Made by a program: the position numbers and the translations under genes. 64,000 nt of DNA from an uncultured Planctomycetia bacterium (GTDB lineage: Bacteria > Omnitrophota > Gorgyraeia > B26-G9), in assembly GCA_964437495.1 (NCBI GenBank), contig CAYTGV010000006.1, positions 18,529 through 82,528 on the forward strand, given 5' to 3'. How positions within the stretch are numbered: position 1 is the stretch's first letter; each line of letters opens with the position of its first letter. Of this stretch, positions 1 through 9,021 are shown piece after piece. The notes under the pieces were generated by a model that did no database searches, was not told the DNA's origin, and worked only from the letters and a program-made list of their open reading frames with translations.

Positions 1-594
1 CTTTTTAACATGTCTCTGATAAACTTTTTTATACTCGCCTACAAGTTCTTTAAGCTGTGCGGCATTCAGATCATTATCAATTTTTGCCTTATATTTCTTT
101 TTTATCGCAATAAGTTTTTCCTCGAAATATTCATGCTGCACTCCCATTACTACATCACCAAACATATCGATAAAGCGCCTGTAAGCATCCCAGGCAAGTC
201 TTTCATTATTAGTCTTTTTTGCCATTCCCTGTACAGCCGCATCATTAAGACCTAAATTGAGAACTGTATCCATCATCCCAGGCATTGATACTGCCGCACC
301 GCTTCTAACCGAAACAAGCAAAGGATTTTTCTCATCCCCCAGCTTTGCGCCCATTGCCTTTTCAAGCTTTTTAATATTATCATCGATCTGTTTCTGTAGC
401 TCTTTGGGATATTTCTTTCCATGTTTGTTATAATAATCGCATACTTCTGTTGAAATTGTAAATCCTGGCGGCACCGGAACCCCAATTTTTGCCATCTCAG
501 CAAGATTAGCTCCCTTTCCACCCAGAAGAGCCTTCATTTTTGCATTTCCTTCAGACTGTCCTTTACCAAAAAAATAAACATACTTCTTAGCCAT
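1..594 (-). CDS. ppdK: Pyruvate, phosphate dikinase, N-terminal part (runs off the window)
   Basis: Not in the ORF track because there is no stop in the window. Hand translation from ATG at 594 gives [52 protein letters not shown], the classic PPDK N-terminus. Confidence 0.95.
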   Translation of the reverse strand, partial: MAKKYVYFFGKGQSEGNAKMKALLGGKGANLAEMAKIGVPVPPGFTISTEVCDYYNKHGKKYPKELQKQIDDNIKKLEKAMGAKLGDEKNPLLVSVRSGAAVSMPGMMDTVLNLGLNDAAVQGMAKKTNNERLAWDAYRRFIDMFGDVVMGVQHEYFEEKLIAIKKKYKAKIDNDLNAAQLKELVGEYKKVYQRHVKK

Positions 595-647
595 CTCTTA
601 AAAATCCCCTTTCCAAACAGTTTACCTGTAATCCAATTTGCTTTACA

Positions 648-1973
648 TTAACCCAGTTTATCCTTAAAATACTCATCCAGCTTATCTATGCTAATCCTAT
701 CTTGAGCCATAGTGTCGCGATCTCTTATTGTTACCATTTTATCTTCCAAAGACTGCACATCAACAGTAACGCAATACAGCGTGCCTATCTCGTCTTGTCG
801 TCGATAAAGTTTACCTATAGAAGCTGTATCGTCGTATTTTACCACAAAATATTTTTTTAAGCCACTACTTATTTTTTTCGCGTACTCTACAATATCGCTA
901 TTTTTTTTAAGCAAAGGCAACACAGCTATCTTAAAAGGACTCAAGCTTTTATTAAGCCCTAAAACCACCCTTTTCGCTCCCTTGACTTCCTCCTCACGAT
1001 AGGCATCTACCAGGAATGCCAATAAAGCCCTGTCTACTCCGCCTGAAGGCTCCACAACATGCGGCAGATATCTTTTATTTGCCAGCTGATCAAAATAAGT
1101 CAGATCTTTGCCGCTTACTTTAGCATGTTGACTCAGATCAAAATCTCCCCGATTTGCTATGCCTTCAAGCTCAGACCAGCCAAAAGGAAAATTGTATTCT
1201 ATATCAGTACACCCGCTTGCATAATGCGCCAATTCATCATCTGCGTGTACGCGTAATCGAAGCCTATCTTTTTTTATCCCAAGATCCTGATACCACTGAA
1301 ACCTGTCCGCAACCCAGCGTTTATAGGCATTTTCTGATTTCTCAGGCTTTACAAAATACTCGATCTCCATCTGCTCAAATTCACGCGTTCGGAATGTAAA
1401 ATTTCCCGGCGTTATCTCATTGCGAAAACTCTTGCCGATCTGCGCTACGCCAAAGGGGAGTTTTCTGGAACGGGAATTAACCACATTGAGAAAATTCACA
1501 AAAATTCCCTGTGCGGTTTCTGGTCTAAGATAAGTTACTGCGCCTTCATCTTCAACCGGGCCGAGAAATGTCTTGAGCATCAGATTAAATAAACGCGGCG
1601 GATTGCTTTTAAGATCAATATCTGCCTTACATTCAGGACACTTTCTATTATCACCGTCACCTGGCAAATGATCCACACGAAATCGTTTTTTACAAGACCT
1701 ACAGTCAACCAGCGCATCTGTAAAGCCATCGATATGGCCTGATGCCTTCCAAGTAGACGGATGCATTAAAATAGCCGCGTCAAGCCCCTCTATATCCTCT
1801 CGCAAATGCACCACAGACTTCCACCAGGCCTGTTTTACATTGCGCTTAAGCTCAACTCCTAGAGGGCCGTAATCCCAGGTACTGCCCAGGCCCCCGTAAA
1901 TCTCAGAACTCGGAAATATAAATCCGCGCCGTTTGCACAATGAAACAATTGTATCCATACTTACTTTACACAT
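648..1973 (-). CDS. glyQS: Glycine--tRNA ligase, homodimeric alpha2 type
   Basis: KRRGFIFPSSEIYGG, YLRPETAQGIF, FRNEITP, FRTREFEQMEIE, ELEGIANRGDFDL motifs. Start may be the Met of MDTIVSL. Confidence 0.96.
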   Translation of the reverse strand: MCKVSMDTIVSLCKRRGFIFPSSEIYGGLGSTWDYGPLGVELKRNVKQAWWKSVVHLREDIEGLDAAILMHPSTWKASGHIDGFTDALVDCRSCKKRFRVDHLPGDGDNRKCPECKADIDLKSNPPRLFNLMLKTFLGPVEDEGAVTYLRPETAQGIFVNFLNVVNSRSRKLPFGVAQIGKSFRNEITPGNFTFRTREFEQMEIEYFVKPEKSENAYKRWVADRFQWYQDLGIKKDRLRLRVHADDELAHYASGCTDIEYNFPFGWSELEGIANRGDFDLSQHAKVSGKDLTYFDQLANKRYLPHVVEPSGGVDRALLAFLVDAYREEEVKGAKRVVLGLNKSLSPFKIAVLPLLKKNSDIVEYAKKISSGLKKYFVVKYDDTASIGKLYRRQDEIGTLYCVTVDVQSLEDKMVTIRDRDTMAQDRISIDKLDEYFKDKLG

Positions 1974-2724
1974 AAGAATACCTAACCTTTTTTAAAAGCT
2001 CTAATGATTTAAACTCTTCAGTAATATGGTAACTGATAAAACTACGCAGTAACTTCTCAAGCTCGATAAAAACACTTGGTACGATTTTAAAACCACTTAA
2101 CTTTTTAAGTTCTATTTTTTCAATATGCCTTAAAGTAGCAATAGTGCCCTTCATTAAATTTTGCGCGTTTTCATCAAAGTTGAAACACTTTTCACACAAA
2201 AGGCCTCCCAGAATATAGCTGAACTTGCTTTTATCAAATATTTGACCATCACAATGCACGCAAAAATCCAAGTTAGGCTTAAACCCAGAAAGATTTAAAA
2301 ATTTAATTTCGAAAACCTGTACAACATGAGGTATGTTATCCTCTTTATCGAGAAAACTCAAGAAATTCTTAAGCAGCTGGAAAATTTCCTTATTTTTATC
2401 TCCGATACCCATAGCCGCATTTATAAGTTCAAGGAAATAACTCCCGTAACAGTATTTTTCTATATCCTTATCAATTCCGCCAAAATGTTCGATCAGATCA
2501 GCCTGGCTAATAATATTTAAGCTTCCATGAACACTTTCATAAAAAACTATTTCGATAAAACTCAGAGGGACAAAACTACTGCCGAATTTACCGATCTTTC
2601 TTTTCGCCCCCTTGGCCTGAGCGTGAATTTTACCAAAATCAGCTGTAAATAAACTCAGCAGATAACTTGTTTCTCTGTAATCCTTTCGATCAATAACTAT
2701 TGCTTCAGTCTTATGTATGGCCAT
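1966..2724 (-). CDS. recO: DNA repair protein RecO
   Basis: N-terminal OB fold (KTEAIVI...YRETS...LFT..FGKI..AKGA), Zn finger CVHC...CEKC, and the conserved position upstream of glyQS. Confidence 0.93.
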   Translation of the reverse strand: MAIHKTEAIVIDRKDYRETSYLLSLFTADFGKIHAQAKGAKRKIGKFGSSFVPLSFIEIVFYESVHGSLNIISQADLIEHFGGIDKDIEKYCYGSYFLELINAAMGIGDKNKEIFQLLKNFLSFLDKEDNIPHVVQVFEIKFLNLSGFKPNLDFCVHCDGQIFDKSKFSYILGGLLCEKCFNFDENAQNLMKGTIATLRHIEKIELKKLSGFKIVPSVFIELEKLLRSFISYHITEEFKSLELLKKVRYSYV

Positions 2725-2732
2725 TATAAATT

Positions 2733-3437
2733 TTAGAGTTTTAATAAGAAAAAGATTAAACTAGTAAGCCCAAGGCCGACAAACGCGCCTGCTATTACTT
2801 CCTTTAAGCTATGAAATCCAGGCCGGATTCTGCTTTGAGCCAGCAAGATAGCTAATATAAGCACCAGCACAATAAGCAGCTTACTTGGCGAAAGAAACAA
2901 GGCAATAGCCCATACAGAAAAAGCAATAGCCGCATGACCTGAAGGCATACCACCGCGCAAAGGTTTACCTCGCCCGATTTTAGCCTTTGAAAAAATCACC
3001 GTCACAATCACAATAATTATAGAGACAAAAGTAATATGCAGCGGCTTTTGCCTTATATAATCAATACTAGTCTCTAAAGTGTCTACAGGGAAATCTGTCA
3101 AGAACAACAGGTACCCGACAAATACAGCATTGATCGCTGCTAACAGCACTGCTCCGGCCGTAATATCCTTTATTATTCGTGCCAGCGGGTGAAATTCATC
3201 CGTAATCAAATCTATGATCAGCTCCACACTGGTATTGAACATTTCTGTTATCATAACAAAGCTGATCGTAAGCAGAAGCAGAATTAATTCGATTTTAGAA
3301 AAGTTATAATAAAAACCCATCAAAAGAACAACAATCGCTGCCAAAAAATGAAGCCGCATATTTTTTTGTGTTTTTAATACATAAAGGAATCCTTCAATGG
3401 CATAATTAAAACTTTCAAATAATCTTCTTCTATGCAT
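2733..3437 (-). CDS. dgkA: Diacylglycerol/undecaprenol kinase (DgkA) fused to a PAP2 phosphatase domain
   Basis: SFNYAIEG..QKNMRLH, EMFNTSVE..ID, KDITAGAVL (DAGK_prokar), followed by GGMPSGHA and SRI..GFH..EV..G (PAP2). Confidence 0.88.
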   Translation of the reverse strand: MHRRRLFESFNYAIEGFLYVLKTQKNMRLHFLAAIVVLLMGFYYNFSKIELILLLLTISFVMITEMFNTSVELIIDLITDEFHPLARIIKDITAGAVLLAAINAVFVGYLLFLTDFPVDTLETSIDYIRQKPLHITFVSIIIVIVTVIFSKAKIGRGKPLRGGMPSGHAAIAFSVWAIALFLSPSKLLIVLVLILAILLAQSRIRPGFHSLKEVIAGAFVGLGLTSLIFFLLKL

Positions 3438-3861
3438 AATTCTCCAAAATTTCCCTTTGAATAGCTTCCATCTTCTTGCGCTTGCTGGGGGTTAGATCAT
3501 CGAACCCGAGTAAATGAAGAATTCCATGCACTAAATAAAGCCGGATTTCTTGCGTAAAACTTGTTTTGAATTCTTTAGCGCGCAAGGCAGCCGTTTCCAG
3601 AGAAATAATCACATCGCCTAAAATTTCCGGATGCATATGCGAAAACTCTCCATCCTGCATTCGAAAAGCTAGGACATCGGTTGGATAATCCTTCTTTAGA
3701 TATTGCTTATTAAAATCCTTAATAGCTTTATCATTCACCAAAAGGATACTTATCTCTTTTTCATCAATACCTTGATGTTCCAGAGTCTTATTCGCCAGTT
3801 TTTTTAGGTCTTTCAGGCTTACTTTTTTTTTCTGAAGATTCTTTATTTTTATTTTGTTCAT
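3430..3861 (-). CDS. ybeY: rRNA maturation endoribonuclease YbeY
   Basis: PTDVLAF, LGDVIIS, HGILHLLGFDD. Start placed at MNKIKIKN (3861). Confidence 0.93.
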   Translation of the reverse strand: MNKIKIKNLQKKKVSLKDLKKLANKTLEHQGIDEKEISILLVNDKAIKDFNKQYLKKDYPTDVLAFRMQDGEFSHMHPEILGDVIISLETAALRAKEFKTSFTQEIRLYLVHGILHLLGFDDLTPSKRKKMEAIQREILENYA

Positions 3862-5464
3862 TTTGCAGCTGCTTAATATCCGGATATTCAACCCTTGAGT
3901 GAAATATCCCGTTAAGAATATGTGTAAAAACTCCTGCTATTGTATGCAGATCCTTTAAAGTTAGCGCGCATCCATTTAATTGTCCATCGATAAACTTATT
4001 ATTAACGATCCGGCTGACTAATTCATTGATCTTGCCTGGAGTAGGCTGATGGATAGCTTTTGAAGCAGCCTCAACAGAATCAGCCAGCATAACTATTGCG
4101 GCCTCTTTAGACTGTGGCTTTGGCCCGGGATATCTAAAATCCTCTTGCTGAACCTTGCTTTTCTCTTCCTCGTGCATTTCAAGTGCTTTATGATAAAAGA
4201 AATGCACAACATCATCACCGTGATGCTGTACAATTATATCAATTATGTCTTTGCCAAGTTTATATTTTTTAGCCAAGTCCGCCCCTTCTTTAATATGATT
4301 GATTATAATAAGGCTGCTGATCGTAGGACTTAAATTTTCGTGCTTGTTCTCAATTTGCCCCTGGTTTTCGGAAAAATATGGCGCCATGCGCAGTTTTCCG
4401 ATATCATGGAAATAGCCGCCTACTCTGGCAAGCAGGCTATTGGCACCTACCGCCTCTGCTGCTGATTCAGCTAGATTTCCAACAACCAAACTGTGATGAT
4501 ATGTTCCCGGAGCCCTAAGCATCAGTTCTTTTAAAACCGGTTGGTTTAAATCAGAGAGCTCAAGCAAACTGATATTTGTTGTGATCTGAAACAATATTTC
4601 AAAAATAGGCAAAAGTCCGGTAACTATTATCGCGGACAGTATTCCATTGGCAAGCCCCCAGGCACCCTGAACAATAAGGGTATTGATAGAAACAAAATTA
4701 ATCAGCCCCATTGAAACAATGGCAACCATATGTGTCAGTCCGATTATAAAACCGGCTTTAGTTAGATTGCGTCTGCGCCGGACATTGAGCACAGCATATA
4801 TACTGACTATACCGCCTGACATCATCGTAACCATAACATCAAAGCTGCCTCCTGTTAAAACAGAAAGCAGAATACTCAGTAGTACCGTAAGCATCAGGGC
4901 TACACCCGGATCAATAAGCATGGCCACCAGCATAGATATACTTGCCAGGGGTATCAGATAGACAGACCATGATGCAAATAAAATAGCCTTAGTCCCTAGA
5001 ACGATAAATAATATCAGCAGGCATAAAAGCAGGACATTCTTCTCTTTATAAAGAATTCTAGCTTTATGAATGGTATCATAGGTTACAATAATTACAGCAA
5101 ATAATATAAGCAGAAGTAAAATACCGAGTATATAGTAAAGATTTTTCGGCTGCTTTTGGATATTATGCAGTTCTATGGTAGCCAATTCCTGGTTCTTATT
5201 TATTTTCTCTCCTCTTTCTACTATCAGCTCATTCTTTTTTATTTTTAATTCCAATCCGTCCTTATTAATGAATGAGAAATCATAAGGAGAAAATATATCC
5301 CGCTGACTAATCTGCCCCTGCTCGAGATAGCACCCTGTCCAGAGAAAATCCTTGCCCAGAAAAAAAACAAGGCTTAAAAGCAGACAAAGAAAAATCACCA
5401 AGATCACACCTAGTGAATTCTTTTTTGTTATATTATCAGCTAACTCCGGGTTTTTACTGTTCAT
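3788..5464 (-). CDS. 7TM-HDIG membrane phosphohydrolase (PgpH-like, c-di-AMP phosphodiesterase family)
   Basis: Multiple TM helices, then LLELSD, APGTYHHS, FHDIGK, YFSENQ, QHHG, FRYPGPKP, MLADSVEAA, H.RVEYP. Located in the phoH-ybeY-dgkA context. Confidence 0.9.
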   Translation of the reverse strand: MNSKNPELADNITKKNSLGVILVIFLCLLLSLVFFLGKDFLWTGCYLEQGQISQRDIFSPYDFSFINKDGLELKIKKNELIVERGEKINKNQELATIELHNIQKQPKNLYYILGILLLLILFAVIIVTYDTIHKARILYKEKNVLLLCLLILFIVLGTKAILFASWSVYLIPLASISMLVAMLIDPGVALMLTVLLSILLSVLTGGSFDVMVTMMSGGIVSIYAVLNVRRRRNLTKAGFIIGLTHMVAIVSMGLINFVSINTLIVQGAWGLANGILSAIIVTGLLPIFEILFQITTNISLLELSDLNQPVLKELMLRAPGTYHHSLVVGNLAESAAEAVGANSLLARVGGYFHDIGKLRMAPYFSENQGQIENKHENLSPTISSLIIINHIKEGADLAKKYKLGKDIIDIIVQHHGDDVVHFFYHKALEMHEEEKSKVQQEDFRYPGPKPQSKEAAIVMLADSVEAASKAIHQPTPGKINELVSRIVNNKFIDGQLNGCALTLKDLHTIAGVFTHILNGIFHSRVEYPDIKQLQNEQNKNKESSEKKSKPERPKKTGE

Positions 5465-5465
5465 T

Positions 5466-6428
5466 TTATTTTTCCTCAGAACATTCTTTAAATTTAGCGT
5501 AAGCTTTAATTATATCTCTGACCAGTTTATGTCTCACCACATCAGACTCATTCAAATAAACGAATTTTATACCCTCAATATTTCCTAAGATCGGCTGTAT
5601 TTGGACCAGCCCTGACCTTTTATTCAAAGGTAAATCCACCTGGGTGATATCTCCGGTAACAACAACCTTAGAATCAAAGCCAAGGCGTGTAAGAAACATT
5701 TTCATCTGCTCAGGTGTACTGTTCTGGGCTTCATCAAGTATAATAAACGCGTCATTAAGCGTACGCCCGCGCATATAGGCCAACGACGCTACTTCAATTA
5801 AGCCTTTCTGCAGGTATGCCTGAACTTTATCCGCGTCCATCATTTCATATAAAGCATCATATATAGGCCGCAAATACGGATCAATTTTCTCCATTATATC
5901 ACCCGGCAGAAACCCCAGGCTTTCGCCTGCTTCAACCGCGGGGCGCATCAAAATCACCCGCCCCATCTGGCGATTTTTTAAAGCATTAACTGCCATAGCA
6001 ATTGCCAGATAGGTTTTTCCTGTTCCGGCAGGGCCAATACCAAATGTTATATCACAATTTCTAATAGCATCAACATAGCTTTTCTGCCCCTTAGTTTTAG
6101 GGGTAATAAACTGACGTTTACTCATTACTTCTATACGCTCAGTTAAAATCCACGCATTGGGAATCGTGCCGGTTTCTTTTAAGATATTTATAGCGTTTTT
6201 TATTTCCTGTTTATGCAACTGCGTCCCCTGTCGAACGATACTAATTAGTTCCTTTAGCAATTTCTCAGCCAGGATAATATTATCTTTTTTTCCTTGTAGG
6301 GTGAGCTTTTCGCCGCGCGCAGCAATTTGGATGGTGAGCTCTTGCTTAATGAGCTTTAGATTTTCATCGTGCCGGCCAAAAAGTACATTTGCCTCTTCAT
6401 CGCTTTGAAGTTTTATTACTTTTTCCAT
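5466..6428 (-). CDS. phoH: PhoH-like ATPase (YbeZ)
   Basis: GPAGTGKT, RPAVEAGESLGFLPGD, LAYMRGRTL, DEAQN, GDITQVDL, DVVRH. Start set at MEKVIK; the track start 6452 is possible. Confidence 0.95.
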   Translation of the reverse strand: MEKVIKLQSDEEANVLFGRHDENLKLIKQELTIQIAARGEKLTLQGKKDNIILAEKLLKELISIVRQGTQLHKQEIKNAINILKETGTIPNAWILTERIEVMSKRQFITPKTKGQKSYVDAIRNCDITFGIGPAGTGKTYLAIAMAVNALKNRQMGRVILMRPAVEAGESLGFLPGDIMEKIDPYLRPIYDALYEMMDADKVQAYLQKGLIEVASLAYMRGRTLNDAFIILDEAQNSTPEQMKMFLTRLGFDSKVVVTGDITQVDLPLNKRSGLVQIQPILGNIEGIKFVYLNESDVVRHKLVRDIIKAYAKFKECSEEK

Positions 6429-6457
6429 ACCTACTTGCTTTGGTCTCAACAAGCAGC

Positions 6458-7069
6458 TTAATCTTGAGGAATTAAAATTTTCTGACCGGGATAAATTTTG
6501 TTTGGACTTTTTAATATCCCTTTATTGAAATCGAAAATTTGCTGCCATTTTTTGGTAGTCCCATATACTTTCTTTGAAATCTTTTGTAATGTATCGCCTT
6601 TTTGAACTTTGTAGGAAATAAATTTCACCTTTTCTTTCACTACTGGCTCCGGTTTTACCGTTTCAGGCTGGGGGATAGCATCTGCCTCTTCATAGACATC
6701 TTCAGGCAGAATTATAGGCTCTGACTTTACCAAAGGATCCGGCTGTCTGACTACTGGTTGGGGCCCTCCATAAATATAACCACGGTTTCCCCACAATTCT
6801 TCATCTTCAGTTCTTTCAGGTCTAAAATTTTTCCACTCAGCATAAGGAGGAACTTCTAATGTAACTTGATATATTTTTCTGGTTTTCAATTTTGTTTGGG
6901 ATGGCTCTGAAGGAGGCTTGGGGCCTTTTATATAGCCCATATTGCCTGAGTTTGTATCCTGATCAATACGCTCTTTTTCAATAGTACTTATATTCACACG
7001 TTTGACACAGCCGCTAACATTTAAAGCAAATAAAATAATCACAACGCAAGCAATCAGTATTCTTTTCAT
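6458..7069 (-). CDS. LysM peptidoglycan-binding lipoprotein
   Basis: Signal peptide with lipobox-like NVSGC, a Pro-rich linker, and a C-terminal LysM (YKVQKGDTLQKIS...NKIYPGQKILIP). Confidence 0.85.
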   Translation of the reverse strand: MKRILIACVVIILFALNVSGCVKRVNISTIEKERIDQDTNSGNMGYIKGPKPPSEPSQTKLKTRKIYQVTLEVPPYAEWKNFRPERTEDEELWGNRGYIYGGPQPVVRQPDPLVKSEPIILPEDVYEEADAIPQPETVKPEPVVKEKVKFISYKVQKGDTLQKISKKVYGTTKKWQQIFDFNKGILKSPNKIYPGQKILIPQD

Positions 7070-7154
7070 AGTTCAATACCCCCCCCATGGTCATTAAGCA
7101 TTTACAATGCCTTATTTTTTTTAATATTTAAAACATTGTTATTATTATAAAACA

Positions 7155-8912
7155 TTAGTCTTTTATTGTCAAATGAAGCTCATCAAGCTGCTTTTTTGCA
7201 ACAACCGAGGGCGCCATAGTCAATGGGCAAAAACCCTTCTGAGTCTTAGGAAAAGCTATAACATCCCGAATACTAGGACTTTTACTCATCAGGGCGATCA
7301 GCCTGTCTATTCCCGGAGCAAATCCTCCATGCGGAGGGGCTCCATAAGTAAAGGCTTCAAGCAAAAATCCAAATTTAGATTTAATCTCATCCTTATCCAT
7401 TCCCAGTATATCGAAAATCTTCTGCTGCAATTGCTCCTCATGAATACGAATACTGCCGCTTCCCAATTCTGTACCATTGATAACCAGATCATAAGCGCAA
7501 GACCTGACTCTGCCTAAATCAGTATCCATGTATTCTATATCTTCAGGTTTAGGAGAAGTGAAAGGATGATGCTCTGAATCCCAGCGCTTCTCTTCAGAAT
7601 TATATTTGAAAAGCGGGAAATCTGTAACCCACAAGAAGTTAAACTTATCATTATCTACGCAATTCAATACCTCAGCGACATTAACTCTCAGACTTCCAAG
7701 AACACTCATGGCAACCGACGCCTTATCTGCGATCAACAGCAATAAATCTCCAGATTTTGCTTTAAAGGCATTAACCAGGCTTTGCAGTAATTCTGGACCT
7801 AAATGTTTTTTTACAGGCGATTGAAAATCATTCTCAAACACCTTTATCCAGACAAGTCCCTTCGCCCCATTTTCAACCGCAGACTTGGTCATAACATCAA
7901 GCTGTTTAAGCGTAAAAGCTGCGCCTCCAGAGGCATTAATGCCCATAACCTTGTTCTTAGCCTCAACTACCTTTTTAAAAACCATAAACTCGCTGTCCTT
8001 CACCAGATCACTAAGATTATGCAAAAGCATACCATAGCGCATATCCGGCTTATCTGTCCCGTAGCTAGCCAATGCCTGCGCATGGGTAAGCCGTAAGAAA
8101 GGAGTCGTTATTTCGATATTCATAGTTTTCGAAAATATACTCTGGACAAGTTCCTCAATAAGACCATAGATATCCTCTTCATCAATAAAAGACATCTCTA
8201 AGTCAAGCTGAGTAAACTCGGGTTGTCGATCTTTTCTCAAATCCTCATCACGAAAACATTTGGCAATCTGATAATATTTATCAATTCCAGAGACCATTAA
8301 GATCTGTTTAAATAACTGCGGAGATTGCGGCAGGGCAAAAAAACTGCCGGGATTAAGACGACTGGGCACAAGATAATCACGCGCTCCCTCAGGCGTACTT
8401 TTGGTCAGTATCGGCGTATCAATATCTAAAAACCCCTGATCATCTAAAAAATCACGAATAACCTTAATCACTTTAGAGCGCAGGATAAGCTTTTTTTTCA
8501 TTCCCTCCCTGCGCAGATCCAGATAGCGATAAGTAAGCCTCAGGTCTTCTCCCACATCTTTATCATCATTGACCTCAAAAGGCAAAGGCCTTGATTTGTT
8601 AAGAATTTCAAGCCCCGTTACATGAATTTCTATCTCACCGGTAGCAAGTTTAGAATTGAGAGTTCCCTCCGGCCGTTCATTTATAACCCCAGAAATAGAA
8701 ATTACAAATTCATTACGAAGTGTCTCAGCTATTTTGTGCACAGATTCATTACGCGTAGGATCAAATACAATTTGGGTTAATCCTTCCCTGTCACGCAAAT
8801 CAATAAAAATCAATCCACCGTGATCACGGCGTGAATTTACCCATCCGCAAAGATTAATGCTTTTTCCTATATCTGTCACTTTTAATTCATTACAATTATG
8901 TGTTCTTTTCAT
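7155..8912 (-). CDS. aspS: Aspartate--tRNA ligase, probably non-discriminating (Asp/Asn)
   Basis: RTH.C, GWV..RRDHGG, TPEGARDYLVPSR, LPQSPQLFKQ, GAPPHGG. The His of DHGG and the Gly of RPEG match the ND-AspRS signature. Confidence 0.96.
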   Translation of the reverse strand: MKRTHNCNELKVTDIGKSINLCGWVNSRRDHGGLIFIDLRDREGLTQIVFDPTRNESVHKIAETLRNEFVISISGVINERPEGTLNSKLATGEIEIHVTGLEILNKSRPLPFEVNDDKDVGEDLRLTYRYLDLRREGMKKKLILRSKVIKVIRDFLDDQGFLDIDTPILTKSTPEGARDYLVPSRLNPGSFFALPQSPQLFKQILMVSGIDKYYQIAKCFRDEDLRKDRQPEFTQLDLEMSFIDEEDIYGLIEELVQSIFSKTMNIEITTPFLRLTHAQALASYGTDKPDMRYGMLLHNLSDLVKDSEFMVFKKVVEAKNKVMGINASGGAAFTLKQLDVMTKSAVENGAKGLVWIKVFENDFQSPVKKHLGPELLQSLVNAFKAKSGDLLLLIADKASVAMSVLGSLRVNVAEVLNCVDNDKFNFLWVTDFPLFKYNSEEKRWDSEHHPFTSPKPEDIEYMDTDLGRVRSCAYDLVINGTELGSGSIRIHEEQLQQKIFDILGMDKDEIKSKFGFLLEAFTYGAPPHGGFAPGIDRLIALMSKSPSIRDVIAFPKTQKGFCPLTMAPSVVAKKQLDELHLTIKD

Positions 8913-8924
8913 ATTTACTCTTTA

Positions 8925-9021
8925 TTTAGTTTTCGACTTTTAGTTATTAATTATTAGTCTTTAGTATTTAGTTTTTTGCTTTTTCCCCTAACCACTAAAC
9001 GCTAATCCCTATACGCTATTT
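8925..9021. repeat. Two converging degenerate heptamer tandem arrays
   Basis: 8925-8980: TTTAGTT TTCGACT TTTAGTT ATTAATT ATTAGTC TTTAGTA TTTAGTT TTTTGCT. 8987-9021: CCTAACC ACTAAAC GCTAATC CCTATAC GCTATTT, roughly the reverse complement of the first array. Confidence 0.8.

Noticed and set aside
273-521. 82-aa minus-strand ORF and the + ORF 10-255
   Set aside because: Alternative frames within ppdK, whose true frame starts at 594.
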